A DNA stretch of 64,000 nt from Octopus sinensis. Its lineage: Eukaryota. This document shows positions 63,001 through 64,000 of the stretch, piece by piece. Under the pieces are notes generated by a model. It saw nothing but the letters and a program-made list of their open reading frames with translations. It did no database searches and had not been told where the DNA came from. Numbering within the stretch: the stretch's first letter is position 1; each line of letters opens with the position of its first letter. The DNA lies in assembly GCF_006345805.1 (NCBI RefSeq), contig NC_042997.1, forward strand, positions 139,128,001 to 139,192,000. The letters run 5' to 3'. The position numbers and the translations under genes are program-made.

Positions 63001-64000
63001 ACCCGAGGGAAGTACGGCAACTATTGTTGCAAAGAAGGTGAAAATGATGGCAATGAAAAAAGCGCACGAGCAATTGGCTGATAGGTGGGAGGAGAAACCT
63101 CTGCACGGCAAATATGTGACCCGCAGCAAACAAGCTGATGTTGACCAGAAGCAAACCCATCAGTGGCTACGGAGCTCAGGGCTAAAAGCAGAGAGCGAAG
63201 GTTTCATCCTGGCTGCTCAAGATCAAAGCCTATTAACCCGGAACTACCAGGCCAATGTGATGAAAAATGGAGCAGACCCAAAATGCCGATTCTGCAACGA
63301 CATGATTGAAACAGTGGACCACCTAATCTCTGGATGTAAAGTCTTAGCACCAGTGGAGTATAAATTAAGACATGACAGAGTTGGCCAATATCTACACTGG
63401 CTAATAAGTCGGCATTACAATATCAAAACTGCCGACAAGTGGTATAATCACCACCCTGAGGCTGTAACTGAAGGAGAAAATGTAACCATTCTGTGGGACT
63501 TTCCAGTACATACAGACCGAACCATCAAGGCCAATAAACCAGATATTGTTGTGAAAGACCAAAACAATAACGTTTGCTTATTGATCGACATGAGCATCCC
63601 TTGTGATCATAATATCTCAGCGAAAGAGTTTGACAAGCTCAGAAAATATAAAGACCTACTCATTGAAATTGAGAAAATGTGGCATCTCAAGGCGGTTACA
63701 ATACCAGTGATCGTAGGAGCACTAGGAATGATCAAGAAGGGAACCGAAAATTATATGAGAATGATCCCTGGCTTACCATCCCTGCAAGAAGTGCAAAAGA
63801 TTGTCTTAACTGGTACATCACACGTATTGAGAAGAGCATTGTCGATGTGAGAACTGTTGCTGCTCATGTATTTTAATTTAACTTTAAAAAAAAAAATTTT
63901 TTTAAATGAACGAACTACTGAGTTTGGTTTAATGGCCTACCAATGTATACTATGAGTTTCTTTGCCCTAGGAGTCGGGAAGACACTCGGCAAGAAATGGA
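60100..64000 (+). mobile_element. Near full-length R4/Dong-like non-LTR retrotransposon (RLE type); 3' UTR runs off the window
   Basis: N-terminal RNKWTREEYKEVIYAYYYA; RT motifs NYRPITCL, WIDYKKAFDSIPH, GIFQGDSLSP, YMDDLKLY; CRFCNDMIETVDHLISGC; KPDIVV...IDMSIP...KLRKYKDL; stop at 63850. 5' boundary approximate. Confidence 0.95.
60178..63850 (+). pseudogene. Single RT-RLE polyprotein ORF broken by two frameshifts (~61425-61440 and ~61700)
   Basis: ORF track pieces 60178-61500, 61440-61718 and 61850-63850 join as IKDPP/MEEVQNFW...LVQLIN/KTPEWLASGITYLLPK...; no in-frame stops within the pieces. Confidence 0.9.

Overview
AT-rich eukaryotic non-coding DNA, saturated with (TA)n, (TG)n, (TATG)n, (ATAG)n and (TAA)n microsatellites. 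The tRNA-headed SINE families suggest an octopod cephalopod genome (inference from repeat content, not a database match). I found no supportable host protein-coding exon; nearly all long ORFs in the track are microsatellite translations. The window is a transposon landscape: a near full-length R4/Dong-like non-LTR element (60.1-64 kb, RT plus CCHC plus restriction-like endonuclease, two frame breaks) preceded by three more R4-type 3' ends separated by (TAA)n; a 5'-truncated Tx1/L1-like LINE embedded in (TATC)n; Penelope-like (PLE) RT and GIY-YIG fragments; RTE and CR1-like fragments; several mariner and DD37D/maT transposons; Helitron fragments and non-autonomous copies; and about 20 SINEs. 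The most striking unexplained signal is a set of minimal type-I hammerhead-like ribozyme folds with palindromic (dimer-type) stem III. Their stems are intact but their catalytic cores are non-canonical: UUGAAAA/UUGAUAA (U3:A8), CCGACGA (U4C), CUGUAGA (A6U) and GCGACGA. They sit in or beside long fold-back palindromes and direct-repeat, PLE-associated non-autonomous elements. All folds were read by eye and activity is untested.
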